Assembly (NCBI RefSeq): GCF_000315625.1
Contig: NW_005434522.1
Span: 59,081-123,080, forward strand
Length of the DNA: 64,000 nt
Source of the DNA: Guillardia theta CCMP2712
Lineage: Eukaryota; Protista; Cryptophyta
Direction of reading: 5' to 3'
The notes beneath the pieces were generated by a model. The model was not told the DNA's origin. It searched no databases and was given only the letters and a program-made list of their open reading frames with translations. Shown here one piece after another: positions 61,372-64,000 of the stretch. The position numbers and the translations under genes were made by a program. The stretch's first letter is position 1, and each line of letters begins with the position of its first letter.

Positions 61372-63265
61372 ATGCGGCATGTGCAGCTTGGACACTCTGA
61401 TATGGTGAGAGGAGAGGAGAGGAGAGGAGAGGAGAGGAGAGGAGAGGAGAGGAGAGGAGAGGAGAGGAGAGGAGGAGAAGAGTGTGGGAGGGAATTAGAT
61501 GAGAGATGAGGAGATGAGGATGTACTTACTCTCAATAGATGGTCTCAATCGCTTGCTTGGGCACAATGACCTTCGGGCAGCAGAACACAGAAGACGAGGC
61601 TGTCGAGCAGCTCAACTATGCGGTGCACGAGGCAGGCATCAACTTCATCGATACTGCTGAGCTCTACCCCGTCCCGCCATCCAGCAAGACATGCGGAAGC
61701 ACGGAGGAGATCATCGGGCGATGGCTGGCGCGAGGAGGTCCGGAGCTACGCAAGAAGATCTACTTAGCCTCCAAGGTGTCAGGGTACAGCAACCGCGGCT
61801 ACCTCTACGCCAACCGCAAAGTTCCTCGACAGGTTCCCTCGTGCTCCTGCTTCTAGATCCCATGCTGCACTTGCTTTCCTGGTCTGCATGGATGAAGCTG
61901 CTGCAGCTGACTCACTGAGTAGGAGGAGCAAGACACACACTTGTCGCGCCAGCAGATCCTCGAGGCCTGCGATGCCTCGCTGCGCAGGTTGCAGACCAAC
62001 TACCTCGACCTCTACCAGCTCCACTGGCCCGAGCGCTACACGCCTGGCTTCGGTGCCCTCGCGTATCAGCGCTGCCTTGAGCGCGTGGATTCGGTTCCGA
62101 TCGAGGAGCAAGTTGCGGCAATGGGCGAGCTGATCAAGCAAGGAAAGATTCGCTACTGGTGGGGAGGCGAGGTGGAGGCGAGGGCGATGACAAGGGACGG
62201 CAGGGGGATCAGCAACGAGAATGCCTTCGGAGTGGCGAAGTTTGTGATGGCAGCAGAGAAGCTGCAAGTTCCTCTCCCCGTCTCCATCCAGAACGACTTC
62301 TGCACCATCGACCGGCGATTCGAGCAAGACGGCACCGCGGAAGCTTGTAGCCCTCTCAATGCTCCTCCTCATGTACGCTCGTGTTGCTTCTGCTGCCCTT
62401 GTCCTTTGATCTGCACTGAACTTTCTCGCTCTTCCTCTCATTACAGGGCATCAGTTTGCTCGCTTATGGTCCCCTGGCGGGCGGGACGCTTTCAGGGAAG
62501 TACTCAACAGGTTTGTGGGGTGGTGTTGGAGCAGGAGGAGGAGGAGGAGGAGGAGGAGGAGGAGGAGGAGGAGGAGGTGGTGGTGGTGGTGGACGAGGAG
62601 GCCGCAGCGGCAAGTCCGTGAAAGCTCGGCAGGTCAAGACCTCTCCTCTTCTCGTCACACGCTCTTTCCGCTCTTTCAGCCGCGCTATCACGCCAAGAAT
62701 GCCATCGAGTTCGCAAAGCAGCACGCGGTAAGATGAGGGGAGGGGGGACTGCTGCTTCTAGTTGTGATGCTGGGAGTTGCACCATGCGGCTGGCGGGGGG
62801 CGCGAGGGGGGCTGAGGGATGTTTGCAGGACATAGCGGCGAAGTACGGCATCACATCCTCCCAGGTGACCCCCAGCTGAGCTGAGTGAGTCGCTCACCCT
62901 CCTCCAGCTGGCCCTCGCGTGGGCTGCCGCTCGCGAGTACATGGGGAGTGTGATCATCGGAGCGACGACTATGGACCAGGTGACGCTGCTACTTGCAGGC
63001 ACAGGCAGGTGACGTGGACGCAGCTCAAGGAGAATGTCCGAGGCTTCAACGTGGAAGTACCGCAGAAGTGCTTCCAGGAAGTGGACGAGGTGAGGAGAGG
63101 AGTAGGCAATGGAAGGAGGGAGAGGAGAGGAGAGGAGGGGACTAGGGAGGGAGAGAGGGAGGCGAGTGCCGGCTAAGCTCAAGCACGCAGCTGTACCTGC
63201 AATACGAGCGCCCATATTATAACAGCGTGGGCCGCATGGGGCGACAAGAGGAGCCTGACAAGTAA
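61372..63265 (+). CDS. Aldo-keto reductase, Tas-like (multi-exon)
   Basis: [85 protein letters not shown] and [15 protein letters not shown]. Confidence 0.93.
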
Positions 63266-63345
63266 AGAGGGGAGGAGGTGCACGTAAGAAAAGGTAGGAG
63301 TGGAAGAAGGGTCTTGTTGGCTTGTCTCTTAAAGTCGCTCTCCTT

Positions 63346-63849
63346 CTAGTCGTTGTCTGCTGGCGGCAGAAGTTTGCAAAGGTCATCGACGAGCAGTTGC
63401 AGGTCCTGCAGGCGCTAAGAAAGGAGGAGAGGGGTAAACAGGGAGGTAAAAGAAAAGATGAGGAGAGGGGAAGGGCGTCAGGGGAGCACCTTGTTGCCTC
63501 CGAGGAGGGAGATGTGTTCCTTCACTTTCTGGATTGACTTGATGCACGTCAGCGCGAGTCAGCGACTGAGAGCGACACCTGCTCGAAGAAGCTTCGCGTG
63601 TATCTGAAGGAACCCGAAGCTTGCAGCGACGTGTGAGAGAGGAAGAGAAGAGAAGAGCGGGAGGGGGTGAGAGGATAGGGAGGTGGGGAGAGGAGAGGAA
63701 CTGCGAAAGAGAGGAGTGAAAATGATCAGGGGGAGGGGACTACCTCGCATCATCTCACAAGCATATCGTTTCACGTCAGGATCTGTTGTCCTCTGCAGAC
63801 ACATGAGAATTTCTTTTCAACTTTCCCTCCCTCCCTCCCTCATCTACTT

Positions 63850-63943
<94 letters not shown>

Positions 63944-64000
63944 TCTCACCTGCTTCAAGATGTTCTGCAAGGCTGAGTCTCCGGGCGATGACATGATACT
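63346..64000 (-). CDS. 3' exons of a gene running off the window; helical hypothetical protein
   Basis: Exon-like [50 protein letters not shown] and [19 protein letters not shown], separated by GT-AG introns. Confidence 0.5.
63851..63940. repeat. (CT)n microsatellite; a (GAGAG)n tract also lies at 61407-61472
   Basis: Seen directly; both intronic. Confidence 0.95.

Overview
Eukaryotic nuclear DNA from a gene-dense, intron-rich alga. There are many 40-60 nt GT-AG introns, and many introns are swollen by microsatellites. The style suggests a cryptophyte such as Guillardia or a relative (inference only). Four N gaps are present. About 16 spliced genes could be reconstructed by hand: PCH2/TRIP13, an FHA+forkhead transcription factor, a bacterial-type GlmS, a P2B Ca2+-ATPase, a TKL kinase, a probable AsmA-like protein, ATG12, an ankyrin protein, a spinster-like MFS transporter, glutamate-cysteine ligase, a mitochondrial carrier, a secreted ParB/Srx-like protein, a truncated discoidin-domain gene, a long-spacer GATA-like zinc-finger gene, a Tas-like aldo-keto reductase and a partial gene at the right edge. 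The 49.8-61.1 kb region holds a 4.2 kb-offset tandem duplication and a scrambled nest of RLE-type (CRE-like) non-LTR retrotransposon fragments. The most interesting signals are five. (1) A signal peptide plus a ubiquitin-like RLRGG sits exactly at the mature N-terminus of glutamate-cysteine ligase. (2) An FHA-forkhead factor has a rewritten recognition helix. (3) An intronless orphan ORF ends in the retrotransposon's 3' stem-loop tail. (4) Non-alignable GC-rich islands built from shared palindromic words recur between genes. (5) Several genes look bacterial or viral in origin. Gene boundaries are hand-spliced and approximate.
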